Shown here: positions 63,701 through 64,000 of the stretch, one piece after another
How the letters are laid out: each line of letters opens with the position of its first letter
Position numbering within the stretch: position 1 is the first letter of the stretch
From: Hormiphora californensis
Lineage: Eukaryota; Animalia; Ctenophora
NCBI GenBank assembly: GCA_020137815.1
Contig: CM035360.1
Coordinates: 4,092,001 to 4,156,000 of the forward strand
DNA: 64,000 nt
Direction of reading: 5' to 3'
Notes under the pieces: model-generated
What the model was told of the DNA's origin: nothing
Databases searched by the model: none
What the model saw: the letters and a program-made list of their open reading frames with translations, nothing else
Made by a program: the position numbers and the translations under genes

Positions 63701-64000
63701 CATAATGCCCCCTTTTCACCATATACCGTGGTTTCTGGCTAATCCTGAGCTCTTTTGTTCAATCTAAGGACCTTTTGGCATCCCTTTACCCAATTTGTAT
63801 CACCTTTGACTCGTTTTACACACTAATATAGCACTCTATACAACCCTAGACACCGCCTTCAGCTCTGTACAACCCCCTTGCTTCATCCTACTCCTAGCTA
63901 GACCTCTCATACACCATACTAAACGCCTTCTACAGATCATCTTTATTGCCGATGGATTTCATGAGAAGTTTCCTTAGTCGCAAATGAGATTGTGAGAGTG

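Overview
This is eukaryotic, intron-rich animal DNA (GT-AG introns, microsatellites, many MITEs). The gene and repeat content resembles a ctenophore such as Pleurobrachia, which is an inference. A chain of six + strand genes spans the window: an intronless DDX59-like helicase with degenerate motifs, MED18, an uncharacterised coiled-coil gene, a complete STAT, TMEM60 and a large ARM-ANK-LRR-ROC-COR Roco/LRRK gene that runs off the end. Gaps between these genes are only about 190-450 nt. Five of the six start codons lie 2-5 nt after a TAG acceptor, which suggests a polycistronic unit resolved by spliced-leader trans-splicing. The introns hold nested genes: an inverted pacifastin/VWC-like pair, two GPCRs (one inside a TIR/TSD-bounded element), an antisense lectin/Sushi gene, an antisense three-finger transmembrane protein and a WSC-like pseudogene. 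They also hold LINE fragments and non-autonomous DNA transposons resembling Kolobok, hAT, Tc1, Harbinger, Mutator and Academ. Other recurring patterns are duplications that straddle splice junctions and dense RFX X-box-like palindromes. All gene models were assembled by eye, without alignments or transcript data.
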